DNA of 64,000 bases from positions 21,700,001-21,764,000 of the forward strand of contig NC_083282.1 of assembly GCF_963506605.1 (NCBI RefSeq). The letters run 5' to 3'. Below are positions 1 through 10,490 of the stretch, piece by piece (the first letter of the stretch is position 1; each line of letters starts with the position of its first letter). The notes beneath the pieces are model-generated. The model saw nothing but the letters and a program-made list of their open reading frames with translations. It ran no database searches and was not told the DNA's origin. This DNA is from Zootoca vivipara (lineage: Eukaryota). Position numbers and translations under genes: made by a program.

Positions 1-836
1 GATGAATTCCTCCTACCAGCAAGCAGACAGTGCTGATAGACCTTGATAAACAACAACAACAACAACAACAACTTTCATAAAAGGGATTTCCAGAATGACC
101 CAGTTGCTAGATTCTGCAGCAATGCTTGTGGGTACCATTCCTATAATCGAGGGAGCAGGGGAATAACTTATATTGTTGCTCCCATGCTCAGACTTGACAG
201 GGTTAACGCCGGCCAGCTTTATAAGAAAAGCTGTGTGGATGTTCGGAAAGCATGAAGCCAATGCCATGCGACCTTCATTGTTCAGCATCCTCTGGCCCGA
301 AAGCAGCTAAGTTTTCCATGCGCTTAGTATTCATAGGCAGCATTTTCACACCCCAGTGGACACTTGTACTGTGATTTCAGAACAGTCATGGCACTTGGAA
401 GCTGCTTTGCAGACAAGAAGAAAGGAAGTACAGACTCCTTGCACAGTCAGGATTCCAGCTACAAATCTATTCAGATCTAGCTTCCTGTGACAGGCTGGTA
501 CTTGACAAGGGCACAGCTCACCTGCCTTCCAGGTGAAGCAGTTACTATGGCAGAGTATGCGTTTCCCCCTCTGAATAATAGCAAAAGACATCCATAGACT
601 GCATCATGGAACTCCCATGCCATGTCGCATTTGACTGTGACAGCCCATTGGTCTCTGCAGAAGGCTTGAATAGGGTTCAGTTGGGACTTGATTGCCTGGT
701 TTAGGTCAGCAGTGCATTTAGGCAACAGATATCCAATCTCAGGGAGCCAAACTGAGAGAGCAGGAAGTGGTCAACCTATTCAGGACCTGGGAGAGCTCCA
801 GAATTATTTGGACAGCAGCCTGGGCAAAACTGAGCA

Positions 837-1078
837 CAGTGGTACCTCGGGTTGCAGACGCTTCCGGTTACAGATGCTTCAGGTTGCAGACTCCGCTAAC
901 CCAGAAATAGTACCTCGGGTTAAGAACTTTGCTTCAGGATAAGAACAGAAAATGTGTGGCAGCCACGCGGCGGCAGCAGGAGGCCCCATTAGCTAAAGTG
1001 GTACCTCAGGTTAAGAACAGTTTCATGTTAAGAACGGACCTCTGGAACAAATTAAGTTCTTAACCAGAGGTACCGCTG
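837..1078. mobile_element. Tc1/mariner-pogo (Tigger-like) MITE
   Basis: TIRs CAGTGGTACCTCGGGTT ... AACCAGAGGTACCGCTG. TA at the right flank; the left flank reads CA. Confidence 0.8.
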
Positions 1079-1452
1079 TATTTAAATAGCAAAACAAATC
1101 TGGTGGGTGCTCAGACTGGTTTCAGGATTCAATGTTATTTAAAGCAGGCCCTGGTCTGAACCTTAGATGCCTCCCCTCCACAACCTGGTATGCTTGCTGT
1201 CTTGTCTGCTCAGAAATTACAGGAGGTGAAAAAGATTGGACAGGTAGGGAAGCTGTGGGTTCTGGTTCTTTGCTTAAGGTGCTTGAACCCATGCCCCAAT
1301 GATAATATCCTGTATCAAGTCTTTTTCCTATGAGTGGGCTGCAAAGTGTTCTCTTTTTCGGCTGGTCCTTGGGCAGGTTTGGAGCCTGCAGGATCCCTGA
1401 ACTAAATTTTTGGTGACTCACAGTTATACTAGTACTCTCTGGCTTAGAATAT

Positions 1453-1717
1453 CAGCTTTTCTCAATCTGATATTCTCTGGCTGTTTTGGACTACAATACC
1501 CATCACCCCTAACCATTGACCATGCCATCTGTGGCTGATGGTTGTTGTAGTCCAAAATATATGAAAGGCACCAGGTTAGGGAAAAGCTGTTCTAAGGCCA
1601 GGGTAGCTAACCTGTGATCCTCCAAATGTCGTTGGATGATAACTCTCGCCACCTGCATGGTCAATGGTCAGGGATGATGGGAGTTGTAGTACAGCAACAG
1701 TAGGCTAGCCACCCCTG
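1453..1717. mobile_element. Two adjacent palindromic hAT-like MITEs (ggactacaactcccatca family)
   Basis: 1453-1589 and ~1599-1717, each CAG...CTG with internal inverted ACTACAA...TTGTAGT. Same family as 48194-48329. Confidence 0.65.
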
Positions 1718-4511
1718 ATCAAAGGTATCTGGAAACTGGGATGTGATAGACAATAGAAAGGATTCCCCCCCCCCCGTAAAAAATGTAAATATGTCATCAC
1801 ACAGCCCCCATTGGAGGATTTGTAGTGTGAATCACCACAATCCTGGATTTGCATGAAGTCGGGGTGGGAAACAGGAGCAAAAGGTTACATGATATGCAGG
1901 TGGAAGAAGAAGCAGGAAGTCAGCATGGAGATGGTGCAGAAAATGCGAGAGAGGAGGCATGAAAATGGGTATACAAAGCCTGGCTGCAGAATAGAAGAGA
2001 GAGGTGGCTTCAGAAATGGGGTTGGGAAGGTGAAAAGCAAGCTTGGGGGGGACACTCTAGGAGGTCAATGTGGGGAGGTTGGAGCCAGCAGTGGTACAGC
2101 CCCAAGTTGGAAATATGTGCGGAAAGCTAATGCCTCTGATGGTTCACCCTGAGGTACAAAGCATCAGCTATATTGCCAGTGTACATTTGTGCAAACAGAC
2201 AAGGATCTAATAAGTTCAAACGTATTTTGTTTAGCTGCTGATACGGATACGCTCCCCCATTATGCCTTAGACTTCATTTTGCGCCTTCTATGTATCGTTA
2301 TTTGTATCCTATGGGGTAAATCAGACGTGTTACCAGTCTCCGTGAGATCGATGGAAATTTCTGATGTGTCTGCCGCCACACTTGAGCGCAAAGCACTGGA
2401 GGGCATTTCGCATGCCGAGAAAGGTCAGAGCAAGACTACATCAGTCTCTGAACCTAAGATATTCTGAACTCTTCGCTACCCATTAAGAAGAATGAAGAGG
2501 AGCTGTGATTTGATGTACACCATCCAAAAGAACTGCTTGAGGCAGGAAAAAAGTTACTGCTACTCATTGGGCGGAAACTAGGTCTCTTTAATAGATAGGA
2601 GTGTGAAACTGCTTTTTAAAGCAAGAATGAAGAGGAAGATCCTCCCTCTCAGTAATTCCTTGTCAGGGCTTTGCGGGGATCCCTCCTGAAAGCAACCAGC
2701 TGGAAGGGCCACAGGCAAGTAGACAGTCTAGGTCAGGCAGACATCAAGGACGCAGAATGGTCAGTTGAGGAGGCATAGGCAAGATATACAGCCAATTCTG
2801 GCAGATGGTCTGGATCCTGAAGCTGAGAGTCCATGAGAAGAAAAAGTAAGGCGAGGCACAGGAGCCTCAAAAGAAACTACTCCCTCTTATAAGCTGAGGT
2901 CCTGCTCATAGGCTTTCCCCTGGTTGGCCACTGTGAGAACAAGTTGCTGGGCTAGTGTGTTTTTAAGTTGCTTGGAATGAAGAACCAAGCCTGAAGAACC
3001 AATGGTGCTACTAGGTCAGCCACCCATGCCCTGATTGGCTCCCCAGGTCACCTAGTACAGAAGCTGTGGTACCCATCTCATCTCTCTGGACATCATCTGG
3101 GTACCAGATAAAAGAGTAAATAATAGTTCCATCTGCTCTAGAGCTGCTCTGGTGGTGCAGAAGGAATTGTAGTCCAAGGCATCTGGAAGGGGTACCAGGT
3201 TGGACAAGGCTAGTATAAACTGAGCATCCCTGCTCTACAGATAGCTTTGGTGAGGCGTACCTCGTCCCCTCTTGTCCTCTGCTTGTGACAGCTTGTGGTT
3301 TCGATTATGAGTATCAGTCTGTTGTGGACCGAAGTGTGAAAGATCCTGCCTTGCCTCCAGTCAAGGGATCGGAACGGATGACCTTCTCGTTCTTCCCAGT
3401 CCTATAATTCTAGATTAAGTAATTAAGCATAAGGCTCGACATGGATAATTAATACAAAATGTTCATCAGCCTAGTGGCTCTGGGAAGTAATAATTTACAT
3501 CTGTAAATTAATCAGTTAATTAATTGGTTAAAAGCAAGAGGGATAATTGATTAAAAATCTTTAATCAGCTGGCAGCCATACTTACAAGGTGAGTTGCAAA
3601 GCTAACACCCTGGTCTTCCGCACACATACTCGGAACCAAGTTCTATTGATTTGAGTGGAATTATGCTCCCAGCGAGCATGCTTAAGATCAAATTTTGAAT
3701 TTATAATCTCTGGTGAAATGAGTTCATGACTTATAGGAGCATTACATTCTTTCACTATTGCTATTCAGCTCATCGTTTAGGGAAGCGCATTGGAGAGTCG
3801 GCCCACACTATCTTTATCTCTGTGAAATAATCTCTCTAACTAAATACTTGCATTGGTTTGCCATCCCAGTAAACTGTTTCCAATACATTAATCTTGTTAA
3901 CTCCGACAAATCCTAACCTTGTTATAAATGTGTCATTAGATAAAGAATTATTATAGAATCAGCAAACATAATGAAAGGAAAGCAAGGAGTGCAGATGTAT
4001 GTGGGGGGGGGGAGATTGCTTTTGAAATTGTTGCAGTGTTTGTAGTTTTGTAATTCATTAATACATTATCATGGCTTCCGAATGTGGGTTTGGAGGATCT
4101 GAGCATTGTGAATCGCGCCAAAATCTATATATGAAATTGATCTGCAGGTGTGGTGCAAATCTGCAGCGATAAAAGAACAAATCCAAAAAATGACCCTGGC
4201 TTTCTCCTAATTGATATCCCCTCACCCCTTGCTTTCCAAAGCATAAGCAGGCTAGCAGCAAGAGCAACAGTGTTTTGCAAACTGGATCATAGATGTCTCA
4301 TATTAATTGGTTATCAATAGGGCCTATTTCACCCACACCCATGTACCCGATACTACGCACATTTCTTCGATGGCCGTTTTGCCACCTGCATGCTTATTTC
4401 TCGGGCCTGATTTACCCATTTGGCAGAGTGAGGTGGTAGAATCCTGAGACTGTGCCCCATTAGTTTGAAGGGGTATACATCACCTTTGGAACGCCGTCTC
4501 TCATTTTTGCA

Positions 4512-4661
4512 GCGAAATGTAGCTCAGTTGCTTAGAGCGTGGTGCCGATAATGCCAAGGTTGCAGGTTCGATCCCCGTATGGGACAGTCGCATAGTGCTG
4601 CATCGCACGGGGTTGGACTAGATGATCCTTGGGGTTCCCTTCCAATTTTATAATTCTATGA
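4512..4661 (+). mobile_element. tRNA(Ile)-derived SINE with CR1-type 3' tail
   Basis: A-box TAGCTCAGTTGC and B-box GGTTCGATCCC. The head resembles tRNA-Ile(AAT) and is followed by the CR1 3' end GGGTTGGACTAGATGATC...CCCTTCCAA...ATTCTATGA. Confidence 0.8.
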
Positions 4662-4859
4662 AAGCTCCCTGCAAATCTGAAACACACAAACCCAACACAG
4701 GAGAAAGCTCAGCCAGTACTCTTGCTTCTGCTTGGGTGGTTTTGTTCTGCTTTTGGTTTTGTTTTCTTTCTTTCTTTTAATTAAGTAGGGAACTGTTTAA
4801 AACTGTAGCAAACAAAGTGATGCTCTCATGCAGCCAGAAGTAATATGGTTCATTTTACC

Positions 4860-5000
4860 CAGTGCTTTAAAAAAATGTATAGGGGTACTCTCATTTTCCT
4901 ACTCATATTGAAATACTGCCCCTCAATGAGACCAAACTTAGATTCACAAAATGTTTAGGGGTATGCATACCCCTGCGTCCTCCGAGAAAAAAAAGCACTG
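4860..5000. mobile_element. hAT-superfamily MITE
   Basis: TIR CAGTGCTTT...AAAGCACTG with a perfect 8-bp TSD ATTTTACC (4852-4859, 5001-5008). Confidence 0.85.
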
Positions 5001-5034
5001 ATTTTACCACCTCAGGGCTCTACCACACTATATT

Positions 5035-5140
5035 TTTAAAGCAGATTCTTTCCCTCAAAGAATTCTGGGCACTGCAGTTTACCCCTCACAGAGCTAACTA
5101 CAGTGCCTAGAATTCTTTGAGGAAAAGAATCTGCTTTAAA
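5035..5140. mobile_element. Palindromic MITE / inverted repeat
   Basis: TTTAAAGCAGATTCTTTCCCTCAAAGAATTCTGGGCACTG ... CAGTGCCTAGAATTCTTTGAGGAAAAGAATCTGCTTTAAA. Confidence 0.7.
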
Positions 5141-5396
5141 TGTGCTCTAAAGGTATATAAGTGAAGTGTATACACAGCCTCATTGCTAAATGTGGGAAGG
5201 GGAAAGCAAAGAAGGGCCAGCTGGCCCCATCCCACCATAGCACCCCTGCTTGCCCCACTCGTCCTTCAGTGGGATTCTAGATTTTGCCATTACATGGGGC
5301 TCAGGAAACCCAGTCCAAGGATTATATGCAACAAGAGGTCTAGGAATGTTGTCAGTTGTTCTCACGATTATAATTTGCATTGTGATCATTTGTTGT

Positions 5397-5528
5397 GATC
5401 ATGGAGTTGGAAGAGACCACAAGGGCCATCCAGTCCAACCCCCTGCCAAGCAGGAAACACCATCAAAGCATTCCTGACAGATGGCTGTCAAGCCTCCGCT
5501 TAAAAACCTCCAAAGAAGGAGACTGCCC
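5397..5528 (-). mobile_element. CR1 LINE 3' end fragment
   Basis: Reverse complement of the CR1 tail (GGGTTGGACTGGATGGCCCTTGTGGTCTCTTCCAACTCCATGAT). Confidence 0.75.
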
Positions 5529-6184
5529 CAGGTTCTAAAATTAATAGTTATAGAAAAGCAGTGGCTTTCTTGGCTTTAATGTTTTGCTAACTATGACACG
5601 GTCTAACATATCAAAGTGTGCTTTCCTAGAACCACAGGTATTTATGTTCCTTTAAGGGGACCGATGAACTTACTCCAACAGTTTATCAAACAAGCTACAC
5701 TTTTCAAGAGCAGATCTGCTATACCAAAATATATGAACGTCTCCAGATGTATTCGGCTTATTGCCGATTCATTGGTGCACTATTGCTCCATCTGTCTACT
5801 TAAAAGGTTTTTATGAAGAGGAATGAATTAACTGTCCCTACAGGGAAAACTCATTGGACACTGTGAGCGCAATGCTGATGCCAGAGGAAGACCAGAAGGG
5901 GAGCACCTTCAGTCAAAGGACAAAGCGGAGGGGGCATATCTAAATTGATGCCGAGGTGAGTGTAAGGCCCGTGAAGCGATACAGACACAGAGTTGCTTTG
6001 CTGCTCTTAATGTTGTGCATGAGATAGCTAACAGAAGACTAAACTGATTGAGATGGCTGAGGAAATAATGGAAGGTTATTAGACTGGAGTGGGTATCGGG
6101 CACAAAACTGCTTGGACCTTTGCTTTCTAGGCATGAGACAACCACAAGTCTGGATGAACCCTTGTTTCATTATAAATGCATGGT

Positions 6185-6185
<1 letters not shown>

Positions 6186-6222
<37 letters not shown>

Positions 6223-6304
6223 TCTGTATTTTAGAATTTCTGTTTTGTTGGAAGCCGCCCGGAGTGGCTGGGGGAACCCGGCCAGATGGGCGGGGCATAA
6301 ATAA

Positions 6305-6357
<53 letters not shown>
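6186..6357 (+). repeat. (TAT)n microsatellites flanking a short L2-like LINE 3' end
   Basis: TAT runs at ~6186-6221 and ~6305-6357 around GAAGCCGCCCGGAGTGGCTGGGGGAACCCGGCCAGATGGGCGGGG. The same tail occurs at 59330-59410 and ~30440-30520. Confidence 0.7.
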
Positions 6358-6358
<1 letters not shown>

Positions 6359-6431
6359 TTACCTTAAGCAGAAAGGGGGAATTCATGTTTGATTCCTCTT
6401 GGCTTTGTGACCCCCTTTTTACAGGGGTCAT

Positions 6432-6921
6432 TGTCAGGGACGGGGCAGAGGAGGAATGGTGGAGACTGCCTCCCCATCCTGAGCCTTCCAGGGAGGAGGA
6501 AGAGGAAGAGGAAGACAGTATAGATTTACAACAGGGTTGCAGCTCAGAGGCAGATGAGGGAGGAAGCTGGGAAATCATGGGACAGCCAGACCAACACCCA
6601 GCTGACGCGTTGTCATTAGAAAGCATTCCAGACACCCCCCCCATCTCCCGGAACCCGGCTAGCCTTAAACGTAAGATAGCAAAGAGCTCAAAGACAGAGG
6701 GCACTTAGAAGCACCCGTAGAGGAGATGATGGTGATGACGAAGTGGGAGAGACCGGGGGGTGGGGGGTGGAGATTCACTCGGGACAACCCCATTATCCAA
6801 GAGGCTGGGTTCTATAGCCTCTCTCTGTAAAGATTGAAATAAAAAAGGACCGTAGGAAACTTTCCCTTGTCTTTATACTTTCCTGGGCAACCACCCGGGA
6901 GCCGCTGACAGCATCCTGACA
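6432..6921 (+). mobile_element. Solo LTR of an LTR retrotransposon
   Basis: TGTCAGG...CCTGACA inverted termini, perfect 5-bp TSD GTCAT (6427-6431, 6922-6926), TATA-like (~6813) and AATAAA (~6838). Confidence 0.85.
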
Positions 6922-7188
6922 GTCATGGAGAGAAACCTAGGATCTGGGTTTTTTTTTTTCTCATGGTGGACCAAGCATGTATACGAAACTCTCCTCCGCT
7001 AGCTGCCAGGAGCCATTGCAAGAGTGCAGGGACTGTCTAAAATCCTGAAAGGCTCCCATTGGCTCTCCTCCTAAGTTCCGAACATGCCCCTTCCCTTGGA
7101 AGATTTGTAAGTCACCCCCTGAGAGGCTGCATGACCCCAATCAAGCTTGACTGGCCTGCTGGATCAGACCAAATATCCATTTAGACTT

Positions 7189-7322
7189 GGGATGAAGACA
7201 CTGTGATCCTCCAGGTATTGCTGGACTACAAATCCCATCACCCCTGACCATTGGCTATACTGATGGTGCTGATGGAAGTGTGAGTCCAATGGTATTTGGA
7301 GGGCCACAGGTTCCCCAACCCT
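7189..7322. mobile_element. Palindromic hAT-like MITE copy
   Basis: GGACTACAAATCCCATCA ... TGATGGAAGTGTGAGTCC; same family as 48194-48329. Confidence 0.6.
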
Positions 7323-8111
7323 TACCTAGGCTGGCACCTTGCCAGACAGGTGCTTCAGATCATTAAGTCCAACATCTCAACCATATTTGTCCCCAGCACC
7401 TGGTAATTCAAGACTTAAGTTTTGCAGGTCTAGTTTAGGGATCTGAACAGTTTAGAAGTGCAGCAGTGAGAAAACAGAATTATGCTGGTCATTTTAGAGT
7501 CCCCGTCCTAACCTCCTTAAAATGATGTATGTGAAGTATCTGGGGCACGTGAGGAAAGTGTGCCTTGGAAATAATTAAGACGCGACTATTGAATTATTTT
7601 ATTAAAAGTCCTTGGAATGTTAGAGCAATGCATTCATTCCTCTGCCCAATTCCATTGCTATTGTGGAATTCATTCTATTAGCTGGTATATATTGTTCAAT
7701 CTAGTGGAGCTCGGCTGGTACAAATGCATTCGGGATGGCAGCCAATGTTTCCCAGCCTAAACATGTTGCTTATCTACTAGGCAATCGTTTGGCTCCGTTG
7801 ATTACAAACCTCTTTAAATCTCAATCTTCTCCTGCAAGGGGAAAACAGAAGGAAAGGCCACCTTTTCTAGGCTGACAATGCTGTCATTTCCTCTGTGAGG
7901 AATGTTGAATAGTAAGAACTTTTGAGATCCCCCCCCAGCTTTGAAAGTTTGTACATCACTGAAGGGATTTCACCTTCAAAGATCCCTCATTCCAGAGGGA
8001 ATCCCCTTTTGAGGATTTTCACCCTGCAGAGGAAACAGTCTCATTGCCTTTGATTATTTCCTTCTTCAGACACAGTCACATTGCTTGGGTATCCTCTTTG
8101 AAGTTGAGTTT

Positions 8112-8128
8112 CTTCTCTCTCTCTCTCT

Positions 8129-8159
<31 letters not shown>

Positions 8160-8160
8160 T
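8112..8160. repeat. (TC)n microsatellite
   Basis: Seen directly in the sequence. Confidence 0.9.
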
Positions 8161-8664
8161 TTACACCTTAAAGGATTTCCCCTTTGAATACGTTCACATT
8201 GCTGAGAGGTGATCTTCCTTCACTGACATTGATCGTCTTTGAAGATTTGCAGAATGTGGAAGAGAATCCACAAAACCGGCATTGTGATAATAATTGCACT
8301 GTGGTTAAATGGGAGTGCTGTGGGCTTAGCCACTATTCACACTGAAAAGGATAATAGTGATACTTTAAAATATAGTCCTCTTTGTCCGAATTTGGTTATA
8401 ACTCATTAGCATGGCACATCCTTTTCACATATGAGACACTGTCTCCAGAAATTACAAGTAGGAGCTGCCTGAGAACAGGCCAGATAATATCAGCTATTAC
8501 ATTTTTATTCCGCTCTTATGCCAAGGAAGCAAGTTGTCATACAAGTCACCATCCCATTTTAACTTTGCAGCAGGCAGAGGCAGAATGTTCCAAAATAGAG
8601 GCTGTGTTCACAGATCACAGTAAGCCAGGGTTTCTGGTTTATCGTGTTTTACAAGTCAGAATCT

Positions 8665-9164
8665 AGTTACAAGTAGGTAGCCGCGTTGGTCTGGCGTAGT
8701 CAAAACAAAATAAAATTCCTTCCAGTAGCACCTTAGAGACCAACTAAGTTTGGGGACGCAGGTGGTGCTGGGGGTTAAACCACAGAGCCTAGGGCTTGCC
8801 GATCAGAAGGTCGGCGGTTCGAATCCCTGCGACAGGGTGAGCTCCTGTTGCTCGGTCCCAGCTCCTGCCAACCTAGCAGTTCGAAAGCATGTCGAAGTGC
8901 AAGTAGATAAATAGAAACCACTACAGCGGAAGGTAAACAGCATTTCCGTGTGCTGCTCTGGTTCGCCAGAAGCGGCTTTGTCAAGCTGGCCACATGACCT
9001 GGAAGCTGTACGCCGGCTCCCTCGGCCAATAACGCGAGATGAGCGCCGCAACCCCAGAGTCGGTCACGACTGGACCTAATGGTCAGGGGTCCCTTTACCT
9101 TTTTAAGTTTGTCAATGACAAACTTAGTTGGTCTCTAAGGTGCTACTGGAAGGATTTTTTAAAA
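8665..9164. mobile_element. Fold-back element (probably Penelope-derived) interrupted by a Sauria SINE
   Basis: 12-bp direct repeat AAGTCAGAATCT at 8653-8664 and 9165-9176. Removing the SINE leaves a perfect 39-bp inverted repeat with a 1-nt spacer. The Penelope assignment is from recall of reptile PLE termini. Confidence 0.65.
8753..9103 (+). mobile_element. Sauria SINE, full length
   Basis: tRNA-like head (B-box GGTTCGAATCC), conserved body CCAACCTAGCAGTTCGAAAGCA, ACCTTT tail; 8-bp TSD TAAGTTTG (8745-8752, 9104-9111). Confidence 0.92.
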
Positions 9165-9885
9165 AAGTCAGAATCTGTAAGTCAACAATGAATTGTGTTT
9201 AAGGCCAGCTAGTGTTTGTGGCTTGCTGAGAGAGAAGCCGGATCTCAGATTCAGAGGGAGTAGGAAGCCAAGGCTTCTGGGTTTGTTATCACAGTTACAC
9301 CAGGGAAGTTTGAGCTGCTTCTTCATAGTAAGCCACAATAAGCCAAAAAATCTGGTTTATTGTCGCATGCAGAGGCATCCACCGCGACGTTCCCAAGGTT
9401 AAGGCATTTGAACCAAGGTGTTTCTTCTTTCCATGACACAACACTGACTCTAATGATGGGTGAACACACGTTGATCTGATTTGGAATGCCTGCAGCTTAT
9501 GTGAATTATTTTCCAAAAACACTTTTAAACATGACTTTATTCTACATGCAGAGAGTCATCCTCATTTGCATGTTGCACATTGTACCAGCTCCCAGGGCAG
9601 AGATTGTTCCTGCTTTGATCCTCTCTAGTCCTTTTAGTCAAAGTTTGGCTTTGCATGTCATCCAAATGTTGGATTGTGGTTAAGTTCTCTCCTCTTTAAT
9701 GATGATTTGTAGCCAAGAAGAAACTATGGTTACAGATCTAGGTTAAAGAGGAGAGAGCTTAACCACATCCCCATGTTCAGACAACATATCAAGCCAAACC
9801 ATGGCTTAGTTGCTGCATTGCCCTAAGCTAAAAGAAGCAGGGACGAATCTCCTCTCCAGGAGCCAAAACATGTGTGTGCTCATTA

Positions 9886-9886
9886 T

Positions 9887-9924
<38 letters not shown>

Positions 9925-10035
9925 TCCCTGATAGGGATCCAAGGCAACTTACAGATAAAATAAGAACAGCTAAAGTCATTGAAAAAGAACAAACATAAAA
10001 ACAACAACAAGTAAACCTTAATCGAATTAAAACTG

Positions 10036-10071
<36 letters not shown>

Positions 10072-10100
10072 TGTGTGTGACAGAGAGAGAGAGAGAGAGA
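9886..10100. repeat. (ATC)n and compound (TC)n(TG)n(AG)n microsatellites
   Basis: ATC run at ~9886-9923 and compound repeat at ~10035-10100. A further (TG)n lies at 10459-10488. Confidence 0.9.
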
Positions 10101-10456
10101 TCTATTAAAAACATACAGATAATTCCAATAAAAACAGCATGACACCAGTCCTTTCATTAAAAACAACCAGTTTTCAAAAGCCTGTTGCTATAAGAAAGGC
10201 TTCACCTACCAGCAGAAGGACAATAAGGAGAGAGCCAGTCTAACTCATCTAGGGAGGAAGCTCCAAAGTTGTCTGGGAGCAGCCACCAAGAAGGCCCTCT
10301 CCCGCATCACTACCAAGTGTGCCTGTGAGGAGAGTGGGACCAAGAGAAGGGCATCTCCCATTCCAACAAGGGTGACTCTCTTTGTGGATGGCATTGTATT
10401 ATTAGATACATTGCTGATATGGTATAAAGCTGGGGGTGGGGGGCATGGCCGGTCAG

Positions 10457-10490
<34 letters not shown>

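Noticed and set aside
2661-3290. Possible solo LTR (TGTCAG...GTGACA)
   Set aside because: No TSD and it is interrupted by other fragments, so the boundaries cannot be supported.
4512-4586. Possible genuine tRNA-Ile gene
   Set aside because: The acceptor stem is not intact, there is no T-run terminator, and it is fused to a CR1 tail, so it is a SINE.
6354-6708. Acidic 107-aa and Ser-rich 116-aa ORFs
   Set aside because: They lie almost entirely within a TSD-bounded solo LTR and come from GAG/GAA simple repeats.
8775-9051. Similar ORFs here and at 35660-36021, suggesting a gene family
   Set aside because: Both are antisense translations of Sauria SINE copies.
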